Assembly: GCA_031373015.1 (NCBI GenBank)
Contig: JANMME010001047.1
Span: 1 to 33,347 of the forward strand
Source: Saprospiraceae bacterium
Lineage (GTDB): Bacteria > Bacteroidota > Bacteroidia > Chitinophagales > Saprospiraceae
DNA: 33,347 nt
Reading direction: 5' to 3'
Shown: one piece after another, positions 9,077 to 16,762 of the stretch
How the letters are laid out: each line of letters opens with the position of its first letter
How positions within the stretch are numbered: position 1 is the first letter of the stretch
Made by a program: the position numbers and the translations under genes
Notes under the pieces: generated by a model
The model's input: only the letters and a program-made list of their open reading frames with translations
Database searches by the model: none
What the model was told of the DNA's origin: nothing

Positions 9077-9910
9077 CTACTCAAGTTTGAACTTGAACGG
9101 AAGCGTATAGCGTACTTTCACAGGGTGGCCGTTGGCTTCGCCGGGGCTCCACTTGGGCATTTTTTCCACTGTGGCTTTTACAGATTTTCCGCAGCCTCCG
9201 CCGATGTCTTTTACGATATTGACATCGCTGATGCCGCCGTCTTTGCCCACCACAAAAGTGAGCACGACCTGACCTGAAATACCACTTTCTTTGGCCATTT
9301 CAGGGTAATCCACGTTTTTGTTGAGCCATTTGTACATCTCTTGCAAACCTCCGGGGAAGCTCGGCTCTTTTTGGATGTCGAACATCTCGTAGGTCTTTTC
9401 CTCCACCTTAGGTGCTTCGATCACCGGGTCTAAGCTCGGGTTCTCATCAACCGTTGGTGGTGCCTCGTCGTTGCCTTTTTTATCCTCCGTACCTACATCC
9501 TCCTTCTTTTCGAGGATTTCCTCCACCGCTTTTTGCTCTTCTTCTTGCACTTCCTCGTCCTTTTTGATGACGGGCGGCACGAATTTCACAGTCGAGCGCG
9601 TGGGCGGCGGCGGTGTTGGCGGCGGCGGCGGCGGCGGCGGCGGCGGGTTGTTCGGGTCAATATCCGGTGGTGGGCCGAGTTCTGCCACTACGTCCACGGG
9701 TTTGTCCTTTGGAAGCATCCCACTCACGGCCTGCATGATGATCGGGAGCGCGAAAAAGAGGATGATCAATCCCAGACCAATTGCCAGTGCGCGTGCCAAA
9801 TATCTTGGGTAGTCGCGACGGAGCTGATAGGCCCCGTAAGCCTTATTTCGGTCGGCAAAGATGATGTCCAGCATATCCCGATAAACCGTTGTGCTTTTTT
9901 CGTCTGCCAT
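9077..9910 (-). CDS. tonB: Energy transducer TonB (paralogue 2, poly-Pro spacer)
   Basis: Same architecture as 7357..8181. The PPPPPPPPPPTPPPP spacer is partly encoded by a perfect (CCG)8 tract. C-terminal TonB domain: PSFPGGLQEMYKWLNKNVDYPEMAKESGISGQVVLTFVVGKDG. Confidence 0.9.
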   Translation of the reverse strand: MADEKSTTVYRDMLDIIFADRNKAYGAYQLRRDYPRYLARALAIGLGLIILFFALPIIMQAVSGMLPKDKPVDVVAELGPPPDIDPNNPPPPPPPPPPTPPPPTRSTVKFVPPVIKKDEEVQEEEQKAVEEILEKKEDVGTEDKKGNDEAPPTVDENPSLDPVIEAPKVEEKTYEMFDIQKEPSFPGGLQEMYKWLNKNVDYPEMAKESGISGQVVLTFVVGKDGGISDVNIVKDIGGGCGKSVKATVEKMPKWSPGEANGHPVKVRYTLPFKFKLE

Positions 9911-9958
9911 AGTTTTTTTATTTTTCCTTTAAAATTTTGACTTTAGGCGGATTCAGGC

Positions 9959-10591
9959 TCACTTAGTAGCCGCTTCAACTTGTTCTTCTACATTGAATTT
10001 AAGACCAGCAGCAGGGTTTTTGATAAAGGCCACTTCGAGTGGCGATATATCAAGGATCACATAGTAACGCACCTTACAAATGGCCATTTCGTCGAGGGCA
10101 TCTACAAGGTTTTTGTAGCGTGCCTCCTTCGTTGCTTTTATAATGACGTTGATGTACGAGCCATCGGTATGCTCCTCTTCTACCCCTTCCTTGTTCTTCT
10201 TCTTGTATGTTTCCGTTTGAAACTGCGCTTTCACTTTGTCCATCTTGTTCAAGATGACTTGGCGTACGCCCTCAGCGGAATAGTCGGTCGAATCAAGTTT
10301 TGCATCGGTGATGCCTTCATACCAGTAAACCTTGTCATTGGCGCCCAACAAAAGCGTGAGCACCTTTGATTCCTTTACCGGTTCGATATCCTCCTTCTTG
10401 ATGTCCTTTTCAGGCATCACGAGCGCCATAATTTGCGGTTTGGCGAGTGTCGTGGTGAGCATGAAGAACGTGATGAGCAGGAAACCCAAGTCCACCATCG
10501 GCGTAAAATCTATACGCGTGGACATTTTTTTGGATCTGACCTTCCCACCTTTCTTATGACCACCGCCACTGTCTTGAGCTATTTCAGCCAT
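9959..10591 (-). CDS. exbD: Biopolymer transporter ExbD/TolR
   Basis: MSTRIDFTPMVDLGFLLITFFMLTT signature and a C-terminal ExbD fold region (YKNLVDALDEMAICKVRYY). Confidence 0.9.
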   Translation of the reverse strand: MAEIAQDSGGGHKKGGKVRSKKMSTRIDFTPMVDLGFLLITFFMLTTTLAKPQIMALVMPEKDIKKEDIEPVKESKVLTLLLGANDKVYWYEGITDAKLDSTDYSAEGVRQVILNKMDKVKAQFQTETYKKKNKEGVEEEHTDGSYINVIIKATKEARYKNLVDALDEMAICKVRYYVILDISPLEVAFIKNPAAGLKFNVEEQVEAATK

Positions 10592-10631
10592 GTCGCTGTT
10601 GCTTTTTTTGAGTGAACGAAAATGGTTAGTT

Positions 10632-11270
10632 CTACTTGGCCTTGCCTTCCATGCTGGTGATCAGGTTGAACTTGTTGACATTGATGTCTGTCAGCGTATT
10701 GATCACCTTTTGCACTGCGGGGTAAGGAGTGTCCTGGTCGGCCTTTACAATCATCACGTACTCGTCCTTCACTTTCCCTTCTTGCTTCATGCGGAATTGA
10801 GCGAGACGGGCATTGTGGATCCAGTCCGCCAGTTCGCTCTTGTTGATGTCCGCAGTATCCACAGGGATACCAGGCTGGGGGAACGTTGCACGCTCAGTAG
10901 GTGTGAGGTCTATGTACTTTTTGAGTTGGCTGTGCGATAGCCCGAAACTGCCCATATTGCCAAACTTGAGTTTTTCCTCGTCGTTGAGGCCAAGTTGGTA
11001 ACGGTTGTTGATGTCATCAATCAAGCTCATCCGCGTATGCTGACCCGTCATGTCGAGAAAGATTTTGCCATCCTTCGCAATCAATATGGTAAGCGTACCC
11101 GCATCGGGCAATTTTGTTTCGGATATGGACGAGGGTGTGTCAATCACCACGGTCTCCTGCGGCTTCGTCTTTGCGGTGAGCATGAAGAAGGTGAGCAAGA
11201 GAAACGCCACGTCGCACATGGCCGTCATATCAATGGTTGGCGCTTTTCGCGCCGGTTTGTGCTTAGGCAT
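10632..11270 (-). CDS. exbD: Biopolymer transporter ExbD/TolR (distinct subtype)
   Basis: IDMTAMCDVAFLLLTFFML signature; lies directly downstream of exbB. Confidence 0.85.
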   Translation of the reverse strand: MPKHKPARKAPTIDMTAMCDVAFLLLTFFMLTAKTKPQETVVIDTPSSISETKLPDAGTLTILIAKDGKIFLDMTGQHTRMSLIDDINNRYQLGLNDEEKLKFGNMGSFGLSHSQLKKYIDLTPTERATFPQPGIPVDTADINKSELADWIHNARLAQFRMKQEGKVKDEYVMIVKADQDTPYPAVQKVINTLTDINVNKFNLITSMEGKAK

Positions 11271-11281
11271 ATTTCTTTAGT

Positions 11282-12103
11282 TTAGTGTCCTTTTGCTGCA
11301 AACGTCTGTGTGAGGCTGTAGCCTGCTTCGTCAATACGGTAGGTCAGGGTGTCAATACGTGCGGTGAAAAAGTTGTAGGCAATAATAGCCAAAGCCGAAG
11401 TGCCAATACCCAACGCCGTATTGATAAGTGCCTCAGAAATACCTGTTGCAAGGGCAGTTGAGTCCGGGGCGCCCGCATTTGCAAGTGCTGCGAACGAACG
11501 AATCATACCCAATACCGTACCCAAAAGACCCAGCAATGTAGCAATAGACGCGATCGTAGCCAGAATGTTGAGGTTCTTTTCCAACATCGGCAGTTCTAGC
11601 GTTGTGGCTTCTTCCACCTCTTTTTGGATGGCAATCACCTTCTCATCTTTTTCCATGCCGGTTACCTTTTCCATTTCGGCATACTTCTGAAGGCCCGCGC
11701 GCACGACATTAGCCACGGCACCTTTTTGTTTGTCACAAGCAGCGGTAGCGCCACTGATGTCACCACGGTCTAGGAAGCCCTTGATGCCGCGCACAAATGC
11801 GTCAATATTTCCAGCGCCACTTGCTTTGCCAAGGGTAATGAAACGCTCGATGACGAACACAACCACCGTAAACAAGGCAGTGAGGAGCAAAGGCACGATA
11901 AAGCCGCCCTTGTAGATGGTACCTCCGATATTCCCATTTATCGGGTCTTTGGTATTATCGCCGTCGACAAAGTTGCCGGCTGCGCCGAACACGAATTTCC
12001 AGATGCAATAAGAGACAATTAACAATGCGAGGATCACAAGGTACGGAAACCATACGCCAAGGCCGCTTTGTTGTTTTGCTTGAGTGGGTTTTGCTGCTGA
12101 CAT
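11282..12103 (-). CDS. exbB: MotA/TolQ/ExbB proton-channel protein
   Basis: Three TM helices, the LLGLLGTVLGMIRSF motif, and first position in the Ton operon. Confidence 0.9.
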   Translation of the reverse strand: MSAAKPTQAKQQSGLGVWFPYLVILALLIVSYCIWKFVFGAAGNFVDGDNTKDPINGNIGGTIYKGGFIVPLLLTALFTVVVFVIERFITLGKASGAGNIDAFVRGIKGFLDRGDISGATAACDKQKGAVANVVRAGLQKYAEMEKVTGMEKDEKVIAIQKEVEEATTLELPMLEKNLNILATIASIATLLGLLGTVLGMIRSFAALANAGAPDSTALATGISEALINTALGIGTSALAIIAYNFFTARIDTLTYRIDEAGYSLTQTFAAKGH

Positions 12104-12534
12104 GCTGCTTTTAAATTTTGTGAATGAATGATTTAAGTTTGAGATGCTTTAAAATTTCGGGCGCAGCGCAATCCCATTTGCAAGCTAATTTTCTTGTCTC
12201 CCAAAGTCGTCAGCTGCATAGATGCGCGAACGGTAAAAGTTGGTGTGAGCAAGGCAAAAAAAACTTTGCAGTGTCTAAGGAAACGCTTCGCCCCAAACAT
12301 TAGGCGAATTTTCGAGGGGTGAAAATAGTGTAAGGAGTACAATTACAACCAAGACCTTTTTAAAATTCCGCTTTGTACCGTTCTCAATGTTCCGTTTTTA
12401 CTTTAAAAATGTCCGCTTTTTGCAAAAATTTAACCCAAAAACAAAGATTTCACCGCTATTTCAGGGGATGAGGTATATTTTTGAACCCATATAAAATTAA
12501 GTATAAAATACTCAAAGCGCCTGATTTTACGGCG

Positions 12535-12903
12535 CTAAACTGAAAAACAGGCCAAGATTTTGGGCAAAAAAACCAAGGCGCCCACCACGACGGCTCCCAT
12601 TGCTGCCAGTAAAACCGCTGCCGCTGCCACATCTTTGGCCCTTCCAGCCAAAGGATGAAACCCAGGCGACGCTAAATCCGTAAGGTGCTCGATAGCAGTA
12701 TTCACAGCCTCAAAGCTCAACACCAAAGCCACACAAAGCACCACGGCTATCCATTCCAGTTGCGAGATTTGGAAATAAAAACCTGCCGCTACGACGGCCG
12801 CCAGGGCCACAATATGAATGCGTGCATTGGGTTGGCTTTTGAACAAATGGATCAGCCCTTGAAAAGCATAACGAAAACTGGCGGCTCTTTTTTGTAGGCT
12901 CAT
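12535..12903 (-). CDS. dgkA: Diacylglycerol/undecaprenol kinase (DgkA family)
   Basis: SFRYAFQGL, RIH, and VLSFEAVNTAIEHLTDL motifs with three TM helices. The ATG at 12901-12903 is preferred over the longer listed ORF. Confidence 0.8.
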   Translation of the reverse strand: MSLQKRAASFRYAFQGLIHLFKSQPNARIHIVALAAVVAAGFYFQISQLEWIAVVLCVALVLSFEAVNTAIEHLTDLASPGFHPLAGRAKDVAAAAVLLAAMGAVVVGALVFLPKILACFSV

Positions 12904-13011
12904 TTCTTGAAAATGTTGTGAGGCAAAGATAAAACGGTGGCACTTGAAAATTTCTGTTTCCAAGCAGGCTTGTATTTTGTGGAAGGTATTTTTACCTTTG
13001 CGACCCGCTTG

Positions 13012-13151
13012 CCCGCCATAGCCCGTTTAGGGCGACGGCGGGTTGACAAATGGAAGAAAAAAACAAACCCGCCTACGCCCTTGCAATGGTGGGTTCGAAA
13101 ACAAACCCGCCTACGCCCTTGCCCTTCGGGCTGCGGGCTTCGGCGGGTAAA
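13012..13151. repeat. GC-rich palindromic (REP-like) units upstream of tRNA-Ser(GGA)
   Basis: CCCGCCATAGCCCGTTTAGGGCGACGGCGGG (13012-13042). AAACAAACCCGCCTACGCCCTTGC occurs twice (13061-13084 and about 13099-13122). Then GCCCTTCGGGCTGCGGGCTTCGGCGGGT abuts the tRNA. Confidence 0.85.
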
Positions 13152-13239
13152 GGAGAGATGTCCGAGTGGTTTAAGGAGCACGCCTGGAAAGTGTGTATAC
13201 GCCAAAAGTGTATCCGGGGTTCGAATCCCCGTCTCTCCG
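13152..13239 (+). tRNA. tRNA-Ser (anticodon GGA)
   Basis: Acceptor GGAGAGA/TCTCTCC, anticodon stem CACGC/GTGTG with loop CTGGAAA, long variable arm, T-arm CGGGG-TTCGAAT-CCCCG, discriminator G. Confidence 0.9.
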
Positions 13240-13243
13240 CTTT

Positions 13244-13484
13244 AACCGCCATAGCCCGTTTAGGGCGACGGCGGCAGGTTCAAACCAACTGATTTAACCG
13301 CCATAGCCCGTTTAGGGCGAAGGCGGTTCAACCCCAGCCCAAGGCCCAAAGGGCAACGGCGAAGGCGGTTCAACCCCAGCCCAAGGCCCGAAGGGCAACG
13401 GCGAAGGCGGTTCAACCCCAGCCCAAAGCCCGAAGGGCAACGGCGAAGGCGGTTCGCCACAGCCCGAAGGGCAAAGACGACGGC
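13244..13484. repeat. REP-like units plus a 42-bp tandem array (about 4 units)
   Basis: AACCGCCATAGCCCGTTTAGGGCGAnGGCGG occurs at 13244-13274 and 13296-13326. The 42-bp unit GGCGAAGGCGGTTCAACCCCAGCCCAAGGCCCGAAGGGCAAC occurs at 13316-13357, 13358-13399 and 13400-13441, with a degenerate fourth unit running to about 13484. Confidence 0.9.
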
Positions 13485-13531
13485 AATTTGTTTCATTAAC
13501 CAATAACCTAAAGCCCCATGAAACAACCAAC

Positions 13532-13759
13532 ATGTCTGCCAATGAAAACACAACAGAAAACCCATTTGCTCAGTATTACTATGTTTACGTCTTGGTTTGC
13601 AACGATAACCAACTGTACACAGGATGCACAAGCAATTTGAAAGAACGCTTTACTCGACACCAAAAAGGCTGGGTGCCCATAACAAAGGATAGACTTCCTG
13701 TAAAATTGGCTTGGTGTTGTTCTTTTCCGGATCGAGGTAGGGCTTTTGAATTTGAATAA
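13532..13759 (+). CDS. GIY-YIG nuclease family protein, ended by an in-frame TAA (possible pseudogene; frame continues to 13816)
   Basis: YYVYVLVCNDNQLYTGCTSNLKERFTRHQKG is a GIY-YIG/URI core. After the TAA at 13757-13759 the same frame reads YLKTGSGRAFLKKHLLSK, which looks like the family's normal C-terminus. Confidence 0.7.
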   Translation: MSANENTTENPFAQYYYVYVLVCNDNQLYTGCTSNLKERFTRHQKGWVPITKDRLPVKLAWCCSFPDRGRAFEFE

Positions 13760-13852
13760 TATTTAAAAACGGGGTCTGGGAGGGCGTTTTTGAAGAAGCA
13801 TTTGTTGTCAAAATAGACCGGCTTGCGGTGAAAATTTGAACTAAAGTAACGA

Positions 13853-13898
13853 ACCCGCCTTCGCACCTGGCCCTTCGGGCTGCGGCGCTTCGGCGGGT
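13853..13898. repeat. REP-like palindromic unit immediately upstream of tRNA-Ser(CGA)
   Basis: ACCCGCCTTCGCACCTGGCCCTTCGGGCTGCGGCGCTTCGGCGGGT, with outer stem ACCCGCC/GGCGGGT and inner GCCC-TTCG-GGC. It is the inverted counterpart of the units at 30294-30377. Confidence 0.8.
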
Positions 13899-13901
13899 AA
13901 A

Positions 13902-13989
13902 GGAGAGATGGCAGAGTTGGTTTAATGCACCTGATTCGAAATCAGACGTACTGTCAAAGGTACCGGGGGTTCGAATCCCTCTCTCTCCG
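13902..13989 (+). tRNA. tRNA-Ser (anticodon CGA); integration target of the island
   Basis: Acceptor GGAGAGA/TCTCTCC, anticodon loop TTCGAAA, long variable arm, T-arm GGGGG-TTCGAAT-CCCTC, discriminator G. Confidence 0.9.
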
Positions 13990-13990
13990 C
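13976..13990 (+). repeat. attL core (3' end of the intact tRNA-Ser)
   Basis: TCCCTCTCTCTCCGC, identical to 30265-30279. Confidence 0.8.
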
Positions 13991-14114
13991 AATCCATTGT
14001 TTTGAGTTAGTTTAGGTTAGTTTTGATTTGCTGATAATCAACGATTTAGAGTTAATCAAAACCCTAAACTAACCGAAACAAAACGAACCGAGCGCAAAAA
14101 AAACTTCACCACTT

Positions 14115-14145
14115 TTTGCACCACCGGATAAAAGGTTTACTTTTG
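14115..14145 (+). promoter_or_regulatory. Bacteroidota-type promoter for the integrase gene
   Basis: TTTG (14115-14118), 19 nt, then TACTTTTG (14138-14145). This matches the TTTG/TAnnTTTG consensus about 40 nt upstream of the int ATG. Confidence 0.5.
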
Positions 14146-14185
14146 TAGTGACGGTTCAACTTTCACACTACAAAAGAATGACACT

Positions 14186-15439
14186 ATGCGCAAACCTCGT
14201 TTCGCGCCAAAGCCCGATCCCCGCTTTCCACATTTTCAGATTTACTTGCAGTACACCTACTCGAAAGGGCAATTCCTTCGCTACTATACAGGTGTCACCG
14301 TTCCAAAGGAGTTTTGGGACAAAGAGAAAGAAAGGGCAAAGCCCGACCGCAAGTTTCCAGACTACACCGAAATCAACGCGCAACTAAATCGGATTGAAAC
14401 CGAAGCCGCCCAAATTGCCCTTCGCAGCCAGTACAACAAATCCCACCTTACAAACGAGTTCTTTAAAAAGGAACTGGATACCTTTTTGGGCAAGCGGGAA
14501 GCGTCGGACGAAACCCTAACCTTTTTTCGATATTTCCAGCGATTCATCGAAGAACGGAGGGCTAACCCTAACTACTCAAAAGGTAGTATTCAGGTTTACG
14601 TTTCTACGTTCAACCATTTGAAAGCGTATGCGGACGGCGTTTTACAGCGCGACCTATTATTTGGAGATTTCAACCATGCCTTTTTCAGCAACTTCTCAAA
14701 CCACCTTTTCGGCAAAGGCTTCGGGAACAACTACGTTCATAAATTAACGTCCACGCTCAAAACCGTTTTGAGAGAAGCCGACCAACGTGAAATTTCCCCC
14801 GACCTAAAAATACGGGATGGATGGTTAGTAGCAGTGAGGGAAGAGCCGCCCGCTATTTACCTGACAGAAGATGAACTTGCCCAACTGCTCAACATTGACC
14901 TTTCCGGCAACCCTCGCCTTTGTCGTGTACGCGACCTGTTCCTGATTGGATGCCATACCGGGTTGCGCTTTTCGGATTTTACCGTACTGAAACAGGGCAA
15001 TTTTAAAAAAGCCGCCAACGGCAAAGAGTATATAGATATGCTGACCCAAAAGACCGGGGCAAAAGTCACCATCCCTGTTAAATCCGAAGTCCGGGAAATC
15101 CTGACCCGCTACGGCTACCAACTGCCCAAAGCGATTTCCAACCAAAATTTCAACGAGTATTTAAAAGAGGTCGGTCAAATGGCAGGGTTGACAGAACCGA
15201 CCACGCTAACCCATTTCCGCAACGGAAAACGGATTGAACAAACTTGCCCTAAGTATGAATTAATGACCACCCACACGGCGCGGCGTTCGTTTGCAACCAA
15301 CGCCTATAAAGCGGGCGTACCCCTGAAATATATTATGACCATAACAGGCCACACCACCGAGCGGATGTTTTACAAGTATGTCCGCATCAGCCCCGACGAA
15401 CACGCTTTGCTCGTTTCTGACAATCCATTTTTCAAATAA
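14186..15439 (+). CDS. int: Tyrosine site-specific integrase (Bacteroidota phage-integrase type)
   Basis: 417 aa with catalytic-region motifs GLRFSDF, HTARRSFATNAY and GHTTERMFYKYVR, adjacent to the tRNA. Confidence 0.9.
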   Translation: MRKPRFAPKPDPRFPHFQIYLQYTYSKGQFLRYYTGVTVPKEFWDKEKERAKPDRKFPDYTEINAQLNRIETEAAQIALRSQYNKSHLTNEFFKKELDTFLGKREASDETLTFFRYFQRFIEERRANPNYSKGSIQVYVSTFNHLKAYADGVLQRDLLFGDFNHAFFSNFSNHLFGKGFGNNYVHKLTSTLKTVLREADQREISPDLKIRDGWLVAVREEPPAIYLTEDELAQLLNIDLSGNPRLCRVRDLFLIGCHTGLRFSDFTVLKQGNFKKAANGKEYIDMLTQKTGAKVTIPVKSEVREILTRYGYQLPKAISNQNFNEYLKEVGQMAGLTEPTTLTHFRNGKRIEQTCPKYELMTTHTARRSFATNAYKAGVPLKYIMTITGHTTERMFYKYVRISPDEHALLVSDNPFFK

Positions 15440-15455
15440 CTAACCATCTAAAATC

Positions 15456-16340
15456 ATGGCAAGACTTCGCAAACGCCTTACCGACCACCAAGAGTATGAA
15501 GATTTGGTCATGGAAATAATTCAAAGCACAGACCCCGATGCCGAATTACAAGACTGCATCAATGCTTACTTGCAGCCAAATCCAAAATTCTACCTAATGA
15601 TGTTTCAGGCCGTTAGTAAAATTCGAGATGCGGCAACCCTATCGAGTGATGGAGGCCAGATTTCCGAAAGTGAAAATTTAGAAGCCAATCTTTACGAATT
15701 GGAAAATAGGTTGAAGGAAAACTCCAATATCATCCCGGCAGATTTGCCTGATTCAATTCTTTTTGATAGTGATTTAGTGGGCTGGCATCTTGCAGATAAT
15801 TCCAAAATGGGCTATCAAAAGGATGGCTGGAGGGGCTTCCAAAATTACATAGGTGAAAAGGCAAGCTCGATTTCAAGAAATTTGGAACTCCCATTTTTGG
15901 AATGGTGCAATAAAATGCTAAAAAGGAACTACGCAAAGCATAATGAAATTTGCAAAAACCCAAGTACTTGTCCCACCAATCAAGGATACGATAAACGGAT
16001 ACAATACATAACGAGGCTCATTGAAGACGCTACACCCATTCCCATCGAACCAGCATCTTTTTTCAACATTGAAATCCCACAAAGCAAAGGCAACAAAATC
16101 CAATGGTTAGGCACACAAAAAGAGTTAGCGGAACTGTTCATTCGATTGAGGGCAAAAGGATGGATTACAGATTTTGAGCCTGAAACGATTAAGGATTGCT
16201 TCACCAATTCAAACACCATTGACCAAATTTTAAAACCGGGTGAATACACCGAAGATTTAGGTGGAACATTTGAACAAGTATTCACACCTGAATATGTTTC
16301 AAAATTTCACGGAGTTCTACCCAACCCCAAACGGAGGTAA
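15456..16340 (+). CDS. Hypothetical protein; the C-terminus weakly resembles an RteC-like winged-helix region
   Basis: 294-aa ORF starting 16 nt after int. IQWLGTQKELAELFIRLRAKGWI recalls the W-x-G-(S/T)-x-x-(E/D)-L-x-E-L motif of the RteC C-termini of Bacteroides mobile elements; this is from memory only. Confidence 0.4.
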   Translation: MARLRKRLTDHQEYEDLVMEIIQSTDPDAELQDCINAYLQPNPKFYLMMFQAVSKIRDAATLSSDGGQISESENLEANLYELENRLKENSNIIPADLPDSILFDSDLVGWHLADNSKMGYQKDGWRGFQNYIGEKASSISRNLELPFLEWCNKMLKRNYAKHNEICKNPSTCPTNQGYDKRIQYITRLIEDATPIPIEPASFFNIEIPQSKGNKIQWLGTQKELAELFIRLRAKGWITDFEPETIKDCFTNSNTIDQILKPGEYTEDLGGTFEQVFTPEYVSKFHGVLPNPKRR

Positions 16341-16357
16341 ATAACTGAAAATCAATA

Positions 16358-16382
16358 CCAAGTCATTACGGTAATGACTTGG
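16358..16382. promoter_or_regulatory. Perfect 12-bp-arm palindrome (candidate operator or replication-origin element)
   Basis: CCAAGTCATTAC-G-GTAATGACTTGG, between orf294 and the HTH-Rep pair. Confidence 0.4.
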
Positions 16383-16438
16383 TAATTGCACAGGGGAAAA
16401 GTACACCTGCACTTTCGCATCAACAAAACTCATGCGAT

Positions 16439-16759
16439 ATGCAAGACATAGTGCTTATTTCCATCCCTGAATCAACGATCCGAAACATCGTTGAGCAAGC
16501 GTTGCGCAAGGTCATTTCTGAATGCCCACCCGCCGCCGCAACTGCTGACAATCAAAAACTACTCACCCGAAAAGAAGCCGCCGACCTTGCGGGCGTGTGC
16601 ATTGCCACGCTGGACAACAAGGTAAAAAGCGGCGTTCTCAAAAAGTACCGAACGGGTGGCATTGTCCGCTTCCGGCATCAGGAAGTCGTTGAGGCTTTTA
16701 CACAATCTCTTTTCGATAACAACAAACGAGCGGCTCCCGCTCGCAACAAAAACGCTTAG
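16439..16759 (+). CDS. Excisionase-family helix-turn-helix DNA-binding protein
   Basis: LLTRKEAADLAGVCIATLDNKVKSGVLKKYRTGGIVRFRHQEV is an HTH_17/MerR-like excisionase motif. The ATG at 16439 is preferred over the listed start at 16379, which lies inside the palindrome. Confidence 0.7.
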   Translation: MQDIVLISIPESTIRNIVEQALRKVISECPPAAATADNQKLLTRKEAADLAGVCIATLDNKVKSGVLKKYRTGGIVRFRHQEVVEAFTQSLFDNNKRAAPARNKNA

Positions 16760-16762
16760 GCT

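Noticed and set aside
8299-10369. Long antisense ORFs 8299..8856(+), 9471..9812(+), 9533..9940(+) and 9980..10369(+)
   Set aside because: They are antisense to exbD/tonB genes with clear family motifs. The poly-Gly/poly-Arg stretches come from the (GGC)n tract.
12104-12534. 430-nt spacer upstream of exbB with ORF 12133..12342(-) and three TCCGYTTT words (about 12367, 12391, 12412); considered as a riboswitch/sRNA or an iron-regulator box array
   Set aside because: I could not recognise any known riboswitch core or Fur-type palindrome, the ORF has no support, and the word spacing (24 and 21 nt) is irregular. Left unannotated. RNA-seq or a covariance-model scan would be needed.
13316-13484. 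Possible CRISPR array suggested by regularly repeated GC-rich palindromic units
   Set aside because: The units are contiguous 42-mers with no unique spacers between them, and no cas genes or leader are present. This is a tandem minisatellite of the REP-like element.
12900-13631. Track ORFs 12900..13205(-), 12937..13245(+), 13050..13292(+), 13260..13631(-) and 13312..13551(-)
   Set aside because: They run through REP-like repeats and across tRNA-Ser(GGA). Their proteins are repeat translations (RRCPSGLGLGLNRL repeated, PSPLPFGPWAGVE repeated). Judged to be artefacts.
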